DNA of 64,000 nucleotides from Camelus dromedarius (lineage: Eukaryota), in NCBI RefSeq assembly GCF_036321535.1, contig NC_087442.1, positions 13,144,001-13,208,000 of the forward strand, given 5' to 3'. Each line of letters starts with the position of its first letter. Position 1 is the stretch's first letter. The notes below the pieces were generated by a model that had not been told where the DNA came from, did not search any database, and saw nothing but the letters and a program-made list of their open reading frames with translations. Made by a program: the position numbers and the translations under genes. This document shows, piece after piece, positions 23,041-35,191 of the stretch.

Positions 23041-26000
23041 CAATTTGACCATCAGGTAGCTTTTATTCTTTTTTCTGAGATTTTATGACTATCTAAAAAA
23101 AAAAAAAGTTTCTCAGTAAAACTGTATTACCTCAGTTCTTAATTACATAAAGTAACCAATGGGCAAATATAAATACACAAATGTTCTCCAAGGTATCTTC
23201 TGGGAAACAATAAGGTATATACATCACCATTATAAAATTCCTCATCACACTGATGGTCTGAAGTGCCACTGTGTTGCTGAGGATGTTGAGATTTTTCCAG
23301 GTAGGCCCCACTGCTTACTCTCACTCATTAGTCTATGGATTAACAAACCAAGGAGTTTTCCAGTGATAAGAAACAGCACAACTGAAACTTTCAATAAACA
23401 TGTGGAAATTTAAAGCTGCTTATTAAGCAACATTTATTAAGAAAAAGCTGTAGAAAAATATTTACTACTCTTTAAAAGAAAACATGCAGGAAAACAAGAT
23501 AGAAATGAAAGAAATTAACGGCAAAAGAATGTTGTTACCTCCTTTACCATATAAGCCAGTCGATTTCTTAATATTTTAACATTAATCACTCCAACAGTCC
23601 TATTAGCATGTGTTTCCACAGCTGTGGTTTTTCATGCTATGCTTATTTCATAAAATGTTAAGACGTCATAGTTGGAAATGCCTTTCATTCAGTGCAGTTT
23701 TCAATCTGAACCTGGGAAGCTTTTAAATAATATTGATGGAAGCTTCTGTAAATAGGCCCAAACCCTACCCTCCAAAAACTGAACTGTAAAAGCTCCCAGA
23801 AGTTTTTAATGTACACTGTTGTGAACCACCCACTGATCTAGTTTTATTCCCATTCCACAGAGGAACTGAAGCCCAGAAAGACTGATTTCTTCAGGGTACT
23901 TACTAGAAAATCTGTTTAGACTAGTCTTAACACCCGTCCCACTTTATCATGCTAGTTTTGATTATTTCAGTACTAACTTATCTTTTAACATTTTTAGTTG
24001 GCAGTCATCCCCCATAACATCTAAAAAAGCTCTGCACACAGCAGATACTCAAAGCAGCTGTCTACTGCCTTTCTTTCAGTTATCTCCCTTATTTTTATCC
24101 TCAAACCTTGCCTGTGTTTAAACCTAAACATCTCGTCCACCCATACTATTCTTTGGCAGGAATTCCAGGCTTTCCCCTACTCTATCTTTAAATTTACACC
24201 ACACAACCAACCAAAAGAAGAAAATCAACTATGTGGGTCAAGAACAAAATGAACACCAAAAAAGACCCAATTATATCACTGTAGTGGGGGTGGAGTTCTG
24301 GTGAGAAGAGCTGGGGGAATACATGGCTTGAGGCAGATTTGTAGAAGGAGAATTGTGAGCTCCACAAGGACAAGGATTTCTTTGTTTTATCTACTATGTA
24401 CCTGTGCCTGTATATAAGTATACAGGAGTGCTTAATAAATTTTGTTTAATGACCCAAACCAGGAAAAGAGGGCACAGAAGAACATCTGGCATGGAGGCCC
24501 CGGGCTTAACAAGCAAGGGTGGTCAAGATGCACCCCAAGACAAAACTGGGCTGAGCTCTGGAGGGGGACGTTTTAGCCTCTCCTTGGATTATCTCCTTTG
24601 CTTGAACTCTTTTCCTTCGTAAGTGTTTTGAACTATCCTTCTGTCTTTCCTCTTCTTCAGAAGGTAGACTAACTTGGGCTTTCACTGCTCTGGGCTATCA
24701 GCTCCTGCAGCATTACAGTCTTGCACAGTTCACCAACGTAGATTTGGGGGCCAAAGACATAGGAGGAAGACCCCACCCCCACCCCTGCCACCACAGCCAC
24801 AGTGCTTATTGCTAGCAGGACAGTAGGTGTGGCAAGGCAGATTTTCAGAATTCTTGACACTAGTCATCTATTTTCCTGTCCATAACATCATGACTAAGCA
24901 CTTATTCTGGCATCGGGTCATGCACAGGAGGAGTATTTAAAATAAAAAATAAACAGCCCAAAATAAACCAATTACCTGTCACAGTAAAAGTGAGTGAAGG
25001 GAAAGTATGCTCATATTAATGCTCTCTGTGACCCTAGTCATCTAGTTAAAAAGCTACCAGAGGGAACCACACCATGACCAAGCACGAACCAACCCTCAAA
25101 AGCCAAATCAAACCTGACTTCATCACTGATGGTGCAATAGTGCTTTGAACACTAAGCACACAGATATTTGCTGCTGCTGCTTCTCCTTTGAAATAACTGA
25201 GCTTCAAACTGAACAAAGTAAAATGTATGGTTATTTAACTTAAAGAAACTATTTGTGATGAAAGCCACTAGGAAGAGTTTTAAATTTTTAAATTTAACAA
25301 GTAATTTACTTCACAATTAAATTCTTTCTATAAATTTTAATTTAAGATACCTAAATTCTTAGACTGAAAATGGAAAAAAATGCTTATTTTTAATTGGATA
25401 AACTCAGTTCTACATTTTGTCCTCTCCATCCTAAATCCAGTTCCTCCGTGAAGTCTTGACCAAATAACTGTATCTGATCTTGGCAACAGAATTCTTTTAT
25501 AATCTCACAGCATTTTATACTGTTTTACCCATTTAACAAATGTACATACAAGGATTTCACTGCCACACTGTACACCCAAAACAAAAACTACTAACATATT
25601 AATAGTCACTGGATAAATAATTTAGGGAACAGTCATATTGTGAAATATTACACAGGCATTTAAAAAATGTAGACAACTAATATGGAAACTTCTTCAAAAC
25701 AAGCGAGAAAAACTTAAATACACCATTTGTTAAAACAGACACGCAGGTATGCACACAAACTTGAAAATGTACAGAAAGGAGGGTAAAAGATGTACATTCA
25801 ATTGTTTACAGGGTTTAGTTCTGGGAATGAAGATGATGAACTATGGGAAATATTCATGTTTTGTGCTTTTTCCTCTTATATTTGAAGATAATATTGCCTA
25901 AGTAATAAAGTAAGACAGACTGAACACTGACCAACTCAGAAAATAGCCCTTTACCTCTTATTACCATTTAACTCAGAAATTCACTTAATGTCTCGGAACT

Positions 26001-27319
26001 TCTCATTTCTCAAGTACTTCATGGATTAAATTACAGACTGACTAGATTGTGGAAGATTGTGGATATGAGTCAACACATGCACAATCTACCCTGAAGGCAG
26101 AGAACAATGCTCCACTACTTGGACAGAAATATATGACAAAATCTGTTTTAGAAGCATTAACATCACACTACTGGATGCACTGACATTCTTGCCAGACAGC
26201 AAGGAATGTAAGAATAGATAGCAATACTGGTAAAGTACTAAAAGGAATATATACCAGCTGGAGAAAAAGTGAAACAAAACCATGACAGCGGGGCAGAGAA
26301 CACAGGAAATACAAACCCCTAGCCCAGCGTTTGAACTGTTCCATATACTATCCCCATGCCAATGCTATTCTCCAAAATACAAATCACCTACACTTTGATC
26401 TTCATTTCTTACATCTTCACCTTCTTCCTCCTCACATTTGTAACATCTTTTTGTCATCCATTGTCAATGCTTGCTTCAAGATCCAGCTCAAGAACAAGAG
26501 AAAATCTACTATATTATTGAAAAAGCCTTGAAATAACAAAATGTGGATATAAATTTCAGTTATGCAACTACTGTCTTACAATAAAACTTAAGGTTTTTCT
26601 TTCCTAATTCCAGTCCTGACACTCAAAACTAACAAGCCAAACATGAGTGGTGGGTGAAGAGGAATGGGGCATACTGTGCATGCAGAAAGTAGTTCCTGCT
26701 TTTCTATCACTTCCCAACTTTTAACTGCTCATTGTCACTTGTGGAATGTCCTACCCTCCAGTTCACTTTTTCCTGAGTGGATAAAGATAAATAAAGCTCT
26801 TCTTTACCTTTTATTTTTGAAGAATATAGCAGGAAATACCTTCTTATCCATTTCTCATCCTAGATACGCAAAGACATCTAGACAAAACTAAAACAAAAGG
26901 CCTTGCCCCATAAAGACTATGCTATCTAACTGAGGGAAGAAAGGACATATATAAACAAGACAAAACAAGTACATATTCAGCAGTATGGACAGCAGGTGAT
27001 ACACTAGGGTTCAGCGCAATTGTGTACGGTAAGTCAGGCAGGATTTAAATTTGTATAGAAAGGGTATTCCAGGAAGAGAAAAGGAGACAGGCAAAAATAA
27101 GAAGCATGCTGGGTAAGGAAAGTAGTGAGACAATAATGAATATTTCAATCTGGTCAAAACAAATGGACCAAACTGATTTATTCATTCATTCATTAAAGGG
27201 AGAGAGAGACTAGGCTAAGGATTTTAAATTTTTAACCATATGTATAACAGGGAAACACCAAGTTTCTGTGTGGAGGCAATTTCACTCAAGAATGACTGGC
27301 TTCTTTTCTTTACATTTAG

Positions 27320-27600
27320 ATCTCTCCAAATGTCATTTCATCAAAAGTTTTTTCCAATCACTCTGTTAGAGTAGCCCCTTGCCCCTGTCTCAGACCTAAC
27401 CATGAATTTCTGTCATAGCACTTAAATCATTCCTGAAATCACGTTATTTCTTCTCATATTTGGTTTTGAAAGAACATTAGGATGTAAGCTCCCATTACTG
27501 AAACAGAAACCCCTGTCCACTTCTGTATTCCCAGCACTGTGCACAGCACAGAGTAGGTCCTCAATAAGTATTTGTCAAGTGACTAGATGAATGAATGCTG
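27320..27600 (+). mobile_element. L2 3' end
   Basis: GATGTAAGCTCC...CCCAGCACTGTGCACAGCACAGAGTAGGTCCTCAATAAGTATTTG...GAATGAATG. Confidence 0.7.
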
Positions 27601-29433
27601 ATGTTAGCAATCAGCAGCACTCCCAGAGACATGAAAACATAAATCACTTCCTGAAAGGGAATTTTTTGTTAACTTTTACTGTGAATTCTCTTTACTTTTT
27701 CCACTTAGCCTTCATTAATCTGATACCTCTTCCTTGCCATTTTCTATTTCTTCCTCTACTTAATTCCAATATTACCTAAATTGCACTAAATACTATTATA
27801 ATAAAGCCAAATGTGGGGGGAACACACAAAAATCTATCTGATTATAGCTTACATTATCCAAGTACACCAATATATGTCTATATTTTTTTGACCCTGTAGA
27901 CCAAAAAAGTCTAAGGGATAATATGTATTCAAGATATTTTATTCAATACAGGTCAGAATAAAACACCAAATGCTATTAAAAGTTTCCTTAATGAGTAACT
28001 ATCATCAAATTAGAAAAGATTATACTAAGCCATTTGGTCTTAACACCTGCACATCAAGATACAACTCATCATATTACAAAAGAAATTTCCTGTGATAATA
28101 CATGACTTTGCTTGATGTTTGTGGTTAATCAACCACCTATACAATAAAAATATTTATTTCAAGTTTTAGTTTATTACCATGTGTTTGCTCTGTGTTCATT
28201 GTCCACATCTTTCAAATGATGCATTTATAACTCCATCCTCACTTTTTCAGTGAATAAACTCAGAGAATATACTAGTTTCTTCAGACTTGTTAAAATGCAG
28301 TTTATAAACCTGCATTATCTCTAAAAAAAGATCTAAAGAGTTCAGGGAATGCTAAGAGGATGATTCCTGGTTCACAGGTGATAAGCATTTAACAAATGTG
28401 ACAGTGAAATACGCTGACCAAGCACCAGGCTATGAAAAACAATCTGTTTCAACAATGACTTCCAGACCTCATTCTGTTTTGCTTGGGAATAACCAGTCTT
28501 TGCTACTTTAAAGTGTTTCAAGATTTGCTTCAAAAAACAAACAAAAGGATAGAGAGGATGTAATTAATTATACATGAAACAAGTGGAAAGTACATACTGA
28601 AGTTGGCGTACGGGTAAATGAAGTTCATTACACAAGTCTCCATTTTTATTTATAGTTGAAATTTTCTATTAAAGAAGTTTAAAAAGATCTTTCTGCAAAT
28701 TGATTCAATAATATTATAGAATAAAAAAAATCAATTTGTATTTGACATACAAGGACTGGACATTAGCACAACAATTCATCATATTTACATGCATGTACAC
28801 TTATATTTAACCATTTCACCAAGTCATAGACAAATAAAATATCTGACCAACCTCAACTAGTAACAGACTAAACTAGAACAAGATTCTCTAGGTCACATTA
28901 GTCTTTGGGTCACCTTAAAAAAAAATCACTTCCATAAGCCTGAAGTATATTAAGTTATTTTTAAGTATATAAAACGAATGCATGATTATTCAGAATAACA
29001 GAAAAAGGTTATTTCCCAAGGGCATAAGTACCCCAAGTTGAATAGCTCAGGGTATTCATGTGCCAATTTGCCAACAATGCTCCAAATTATATTCAGGATT
29101 GGGTTTTTAAAGTTTAACCATAAAGCTCTAACTATTCACTGGGAAGCTTTTAGTGTGCCTCTGTTCTCCTATACACCAAGTGTGTTTTTGATTTAGGCAT
29201 TCTCTAGAATGGCTTGTTAAAGGAATGCATATTTTTATAAGAAACTGAGAATAAAATACAAACAGCAAATCTGACATAATACACTTCAAAAGCCAGATCT
29301 GGTAAAATTTGGGTTATCTGACATCTGGCAAATTGAGAAGCTCTAGAAATTGGCTGTCATTGAAATAAAAAAAAAAATCCAAGCCAATAATCTGGGCTAA
29401 TGTTAAAACACTTGTTTAAAAATGCCTAGGTAG

Positions 29434-29532
29434 TGGGGAAAGGAGAATAGCTCAGTGGTAGAGCGCATGCTTAGCATGCACTTAGTCCTGGGTTCAATCC
29501 CCAGTACCTCCATTAGAAATAGTAAATTTTTA
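29434..29532 (+). mobile_element. tRNA-Ala-derived SINE, short form
   Basis: tRNA-Ala-like head. 16-bp TSD AAAAATGCCTA(G/A)GTAG at 29418-29433 and 29533-29548, at a TTT|AAAAA L1 endonuclease site. Confidence 0.9.
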
Positions 29533-30779
29533 AAAAATGCCTAAGTAGCCCAAAACATACCCTTTCTGGATGTGAGATTATGGGTTTAAAGTATCTAAAG
29601 TATCTACAGACTAACTTTTTCACATCTGCATGTGAAACCACTTTTGTCATGTTTTGATAAGTAACTCAAAATCAAGATACTCTCCAGCACCTTATTTCTT
29701 AAAAGGTAACACTTTCCCCACAGTCATTAATTTCTGAAACTCAAAGTTAGTTTTTGAAACATTTATTTCGCATGGATCAAATTTTAACACAATGGAGGGA
29801 CACTGTTCTAGATGCTGAGGACAATGTCCCTGCCCTCACTATGAAAGTTACATTTAGTGAGTGGTTGAGAAAATTTTGTACAGATTTAGTTCTTATCACT
29901 TATTCTGCTTCTCTAAACTTTCATGGCTCCTTTGAATATAAACTATCAAAGAGACTTTAAAGTTCAGGTTTGTATGTATCCAAGGAGGTGATTTTAACCA
30001 GGCCTTAAAAGAGAGAAGCAATAAAGGAGTTTCAATTAATAAAAACTGCATTTTGGATAAAACACAGAACCTATTGGGACCACCATAAAACAACTAAGTC
30101 AGAATTTCATTTCAAAAAGGCAGATAAAAATTTTACTTTATCCTTGTCCCCAAGTATTTCTCAAGATCAGCTCTTCTTAAATTCTATTTCTGAGCAGCAG
30201 AATTTCTTTTTAAGAATGGCCTGTCCCCAGGTTCTCAGTGCATGAGATGTCTCTAAGGACATTTCAGAAATATCTGAAAGTCACTGCACTAGGTCACTGT
30301 GTTATCTAAAAAACTAACAACACAACAAAAAACAGTTAAAAAAGCATTCAGATGTAAGTAACTCAAAGATTCCTGGGTGGTAAAATATACTGTGATTCTT
30401 GTGAGACATCTGACAAAAACAATTTCTGAGCCTTAATTTTTCCATATATATAAAATGATGATCTTATGCTAGAAGACATGATGGCCTGTCAACACTAAAA
30501 TTACACTACGATAAAGACTATAATAAAATTAGTAGTGGCCATTTCTGAATTTAGGATAGACACATTATGAGAATATACATTTACATCTCTGCAGAGCTTA
30601 ATTTCAAGCTTATGTAACCATGTGCTTTAGATTTAATGCCATCTTTAAATTATTACTATCACATACCTTTTCCCCAGATCACTAGGAACTAGATGGAAAG
30701 TGTTTTTTAATGCACTTCAATACTTATCTTCCCCCAGGAAATATATATGACAGAAATAATATACGTATGTATGTCTGTA

Positions 30780-30783
<4 letters not shown>

Positions 30784-30831
<48 letters not shown>

Positions 30832-30833
30832 CG
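30784..30833. repeat. Compound microsatellite (TG)20(CG)5
   Basis: Read directly from the sequence. Confidence 0.97.
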
Positions 30834-31539
30834 GGCACACACTCTGGGGAGTGGGCACGTTGACAACTCTGCTTAGGCTTTTTTTTTTCATGGTAGCATT
30901 TATTCCTTTTCAACAAAAGCTGTACCTAACGTTGATGAATTCTCAATCCACATTATGTCAACAAGAATATCTTGGTGTCCTTGACCATGACTCAGGAAAT
31001 GATTATTTGAGGTTATTAAAATCAATGTTTGATTTATTAAAGTTACAAATTTAAAAAGTTGTTTCTTCCTAAGCTTTTAACTTCACTATAACTCAAACTA
31101 TTAATCTGTAAATCTGAAAAAATTTAATAATTACTTTTAAGAGGTTTTTGATTACTATTTAGTCTCATTTATAATTTTAGTTAAATATTTCAATTGTCTG
31201 GTCGGCAAAACTTCCCAAGTATCCACATAACTCCTGAATCTAGAAAATTAAGTATGTCCATATATTTATATTGAATCTCAGGTTATTTTAAAAGTTAAAA
31301 TGCTTTTTATAACCTTAACTTTGTCTTATGCCTTTCAGCTTAAAACTGCAAACATAAATCAACGAAACTTTTTATACTGGAATCATAAGAATCATTTGTA
31401 AAATATTAAACATGCCAAACTTCTTAAAGCAGTAAAACATAAAACAGTAAAATAAGTCAATGACAAACAGCTTATTCCCTAACCTACCATGAAAATGTTA
31501 ACATTGTAATTTTGGTTTGCTTCATCATCTAAAGATGTA

Positions 31540-31747
31540 TTTTTTTTTAAATTGATACACAGTTGATTGACAATGTTGTGTTAGTTTCAGGTAAACAGCA
31601 AACTGATTCAGTTATATATACATATATATTTATTCTTTTTCAGATTCTTTTTCATTACAGGTTACTATAAGATACTGAGCATAGTTTCCTGTGCTATACA
31701 GTAGGCCCTTGTTGATTACCTATTTTATATATAGTAGTGTGTATATG
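31540..31747 (-). mobile_element. L1 3' end (artiodactyl-type)
   Basis: T-tail, then TTGACAATGTTGTGTTAGTTTCAGGT...CTGTGCTATACAGTAGG. Confidence 0.8.
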
Positions 31748-32580
31748 AAAACCCCAACCAAGCGTAGGCTTTTTGTTTTGCCTAAATCTGAAAGGGGATG
31801 CTGTCTATTGTCTGCATGGTGAATACAAGATGGAAAAAACTAAATGTACCAAAGGAGGAAAAGAGCGGGACTAAAACAAAAAATTCTCAATGACTAGGAA
31901 AATAATCCAAGCCTTTGAAATACAGTAATTTCCTAATTATAGAAATATTCATGCTTCTTATAAGAATCATAATTCAAAGATATATATACACATACATACA
32001 ATTATCTCGATTCTCTGTTCTACATTTTACCTCCCCTAATTGATTTATTAGCTTAAGTTAGTTATACCAGAATACCAGACTAATGAAAGGTAAAATGTTA
32101 CAGAGGCAATTTTATCAAATTGAATTCCAAAAATATTCCATACTCATTGTAAGTTATGAGTATATTTTTAGAAATCATACTTTTCATCTCCAAGTGCTTG
32201 ATATAAAGTTTAACCTCTTTATAATTAAAAAAAAAAGCCAGAGAATATATTTCTGTGTATTCTTCTGCTAAATAATCTAGATGATGAGTCATACTCTGCT
32301 GGAAGCGGCAGCCCTGAGGAACAAGGTCTGGAAAATTAAAGGGCAACCTTTAGTTATATGACGAAGAAAAAGCATTATAAAATCAACAACTCAGTTCTTT
32401 TCATCCTTGATCTCACACACACAAAAAGCACCTTCAACATAAAGAGGTGTGAACTATTAGATTCTGCACCAGAAAAGCATTTGTTTTACAGAGACTGGTG
32501 CTAAACAAGTCAGAGTTCTGTAATTACAAACTACTTGTACATACGATAAACTGTTAGTCTTTTTTAGTAATAAGGGTCAT

Positions 32581-32637
32581 AAGAAAATCACACTATGGTT
32601 AAAAAAAAGAAAAAGAAAAAAGAAAATCACACTATGG
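32581..32637 (+). repeat. 18-bp direct repeat flanking a 21-nt A-rich insert
   Basis: AAGAAAATCACACTATGG at 32581-32598 and 32620-32637 around TTAAAAAAAAGAAAAAGAAAA. Confidence 0.8.
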
Positions 32638-33119
32638 ATGACTTCAAGTTCTCAAGGATTCCACTCTGTGACATTCCTAAATTCTGAAGGAGGTTCACAT
32701 TTAACCCCGTTCTTACGTACGACAGTCTCCTACCTACCTGGCTGACAAAAATGAGATATTTCTCATCCACGGTTTCCCTAGCAAGTGCCTTTAGAAAGGC
32801 TTTCCTTAATTGTTTTTCATGTAATTCAAGACATTATCAATTTTAAGCCTCATCATTAAATTCTATACCTTAAGAATGTTACAAATTAAAATAGTATTTT
32901 TCTATCACTAATTTTAGGATGTGTATTTCAGAGATGTTAAGATCTGTAAAAATGTGCTTCTTATAAATCCACTAGCAAGAATTTTACAAGGAGAGTCCAA
33001 AACCAACCACTTATCCTTTTTATTTAACATGATGAAGATTAAGTATCACCTAAAGAGTAGAAAACATGGTGAATAAAACTACAGCTCAGAAAATTGGAGT
33101 TTAGTTCCAGTTTTGCTTT

Positions 33120-33344
33120 TTTTTATTATTATTATTTTTAAAAGTCTTTATTTCATTTGTTTTTGAAGATATTTTAACTTGATATAAAATTCTAGGTTGA
33201 CAACTTTTTTTGTTTGTTTTTGTTTATTTTGGCGGGGAGGGGATTAGGTTTATTTATTTATGTTTAGAGGAGGTACTGGGGATTGAACCCAGGACCTCAT
33301 GCATGCTAAGCATTCACTCTACCACTTGAGCTATAACCTCCCCT
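33120..33344 (-). mobile_element. tRNA-Ala-derived SINE with about 65 nt extra 3' sequence and a second A-tail
   Basis: SINE body about 33205-33344, extra segment 33140-33204, A-tail 33120-33139. TSD CC(A/G)GTTTTGCTTT at 33107-33119 and 33345-33357. Confidence 0.85.
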
Positions 33345-33847
33345 CCGGTTTTGCTTTAAATCAACAGAAGTGAATGATTTTGAGTAAGTCACTTAAATAC
33401 AGTAATATCACTATGGCTAACTCTGGAACATACAGCCAAGAGAATCATTTTAGAAATAAATGAGCATTAACTGCATTGTGTGCATATAAAATATAAAAGC
33501 ACAATTGTGATGTCAGACTTTTTTTTTTAACTATTAATGCCAAACCTGAAGAATATAATAATATGTCGAAGTCCTGCTATGATTGGTTTTAAAGTATTGA
33601 AAAATTAAAAATTTAAATTCTGCCACTTATTAACTAATCTTGTTCTCAAAATTTATTTGAAGTGATAATTTAGCCATTAAATAAAATATCTTTAACTGTG
33701 AAATTTAACAGTAAATGTGTAGAATCAAAGTATACTACAAATAATTACGTATTTTATAGATTTAAATCATACAACACCATAGAAAATACTTTAAGTACAG
33801 AAACTCTGAAGAATAGATGTGAGGGTTAATTACCTGTCATAGTCCTA

Positions 33848-34030
33848 GGCTGCCTCTCTTGCTCCCTGATCTTCAGAGACGGCCTGCACTCTGTCTATGA
33901 AGTGTGTATCTACTTTTACCTTAACCTGAGCACCCAAGCCCTACATTGCACAGCCTTTCGCGTTCTGAAACAGCCTATGCCCTATGCAGTATGTATCTCT
34001 CTAAATGAACCTACCTTTACTTAAAAAAAA
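33848..34030 (+). mobile_element. Polyadenylated retrocopy of an LTR-like (U3/R) sequence
   Basis: Exact 20-bp TSD AATTACCTGTCATAGTCCTA at 33828-33847 and 34031-34050. AATGAA 13 nt before the A-tail. Body resembles an ERV LTR R region. Confidence 0.75.
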
Positions 34031-35096
34031 AAATTACCTGTCATAGTCCTAAATCATGTGCTCAGAAACTAGATTTCTTGCCTTGTAATATTAAACTCTA
34101 AAAAAATGCAGGTATTATATTTTTTTTAAATGTTGGCTCTTTTATTCCTTTTAATATAATACAGTTTCAACAGCCTTTCCTACTGGAGAAAGACAGAGGA
34201 GTTTCCCATTGTAAATGCCTTGATATCTATTTATTTGGGGTATTTAACTCTTCCTATCAAGAAGAAACCACCTATCGAGACATCTTTAACTAAGGGAACT
34301 CACTGCATCTGCAAATAGAAGTTCTAAATCTTTTCTTCATTTCAATCATTTCTGACAAATGACAAAGTCAGCTATATGTTTAGGCCCTACCAGCCCTCCT
34401 CTGCCATCCCTGTGAAAGAAAGCTCTTGCAGTGAGTAATCATTTCAATTAAATCCAAAAGTCAGGGAATCAAATCCTTTGTCCCATTTAAATAGGCCCAT
34501 CATCTTGTGATTTATCTACAAAATTAAAGTGATCATACTCTAAGATTAATCAACATCACTACATGTAGAATCTAAATAAGTGAGCTTTACATTAGGAGTA
34601 AGCAAAATAAATGAACTTTAACTGACAACACTACTCACAAATTAAACTGTGAATTTAAGTATTTACCAATATATTTTCCCCACAATGATTTCTATAATAT
34701 AAAGGTGCACAAATCTCAATAAAAATGCATACTGTTTGGGATAATAGTCTACTCTGCTCAAAAGTAAACAATTTAAAAAATCATTCAAATTATTTCTGAG
34801 CTAAAAGTGCAACCACTGTATAACTGCCTCTATGTTCCAAATAAGAAGTGCTTTTTAAAAACTTGCTCTGAAGAATGGAAAAAATTACAAAGTAAAACAC
34901 AACAATTATTTTTGTGAGAAATCCCATTATTGCAGACCTAAATTATCAATCTAAATATAAGGGATGCAAATCAGTCTGCTAACAAGTGTTTAAAAACATC
35001 ACTGCCTAATAATCTGACAAGAAATTAAGTCTTTATCAAACAGTTCATTTTTGTAGTATGCCAATAATCAAACAATTGATTTAATAAAATACGTAC

Positions 35097-35191
35097 AGTT
35101 CCAGACAGGACATCATGGGGGCAACAGTTGAGAAGGTGACTCTTGCACACTCTGTCATCACTGAATTTTATTCGCTGACGAGTAGTGTCTC
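35097..35191 (-). CDS. LUC7L2: LUC7L2 exon 2 (95 nt, first half of CCCH zinc finger 1)
   Basis: CTTTCCTATATTACAG acceptor and ACT|GTACGT donor. Starts in phase 1 and encodes (G)DTTRQRIKFSDDRVCKSHLLNCCPHDVLSGT. Confidence 0.98.

Noticed and set aside
32281-32332. C box (ATGATGA) and CTGA on the plus strand, snoRNA-like
   Set aside because: Antisense to the host gene, no terminal stem or proper terminal D box, and better explained as the reverse of the candidate exon.
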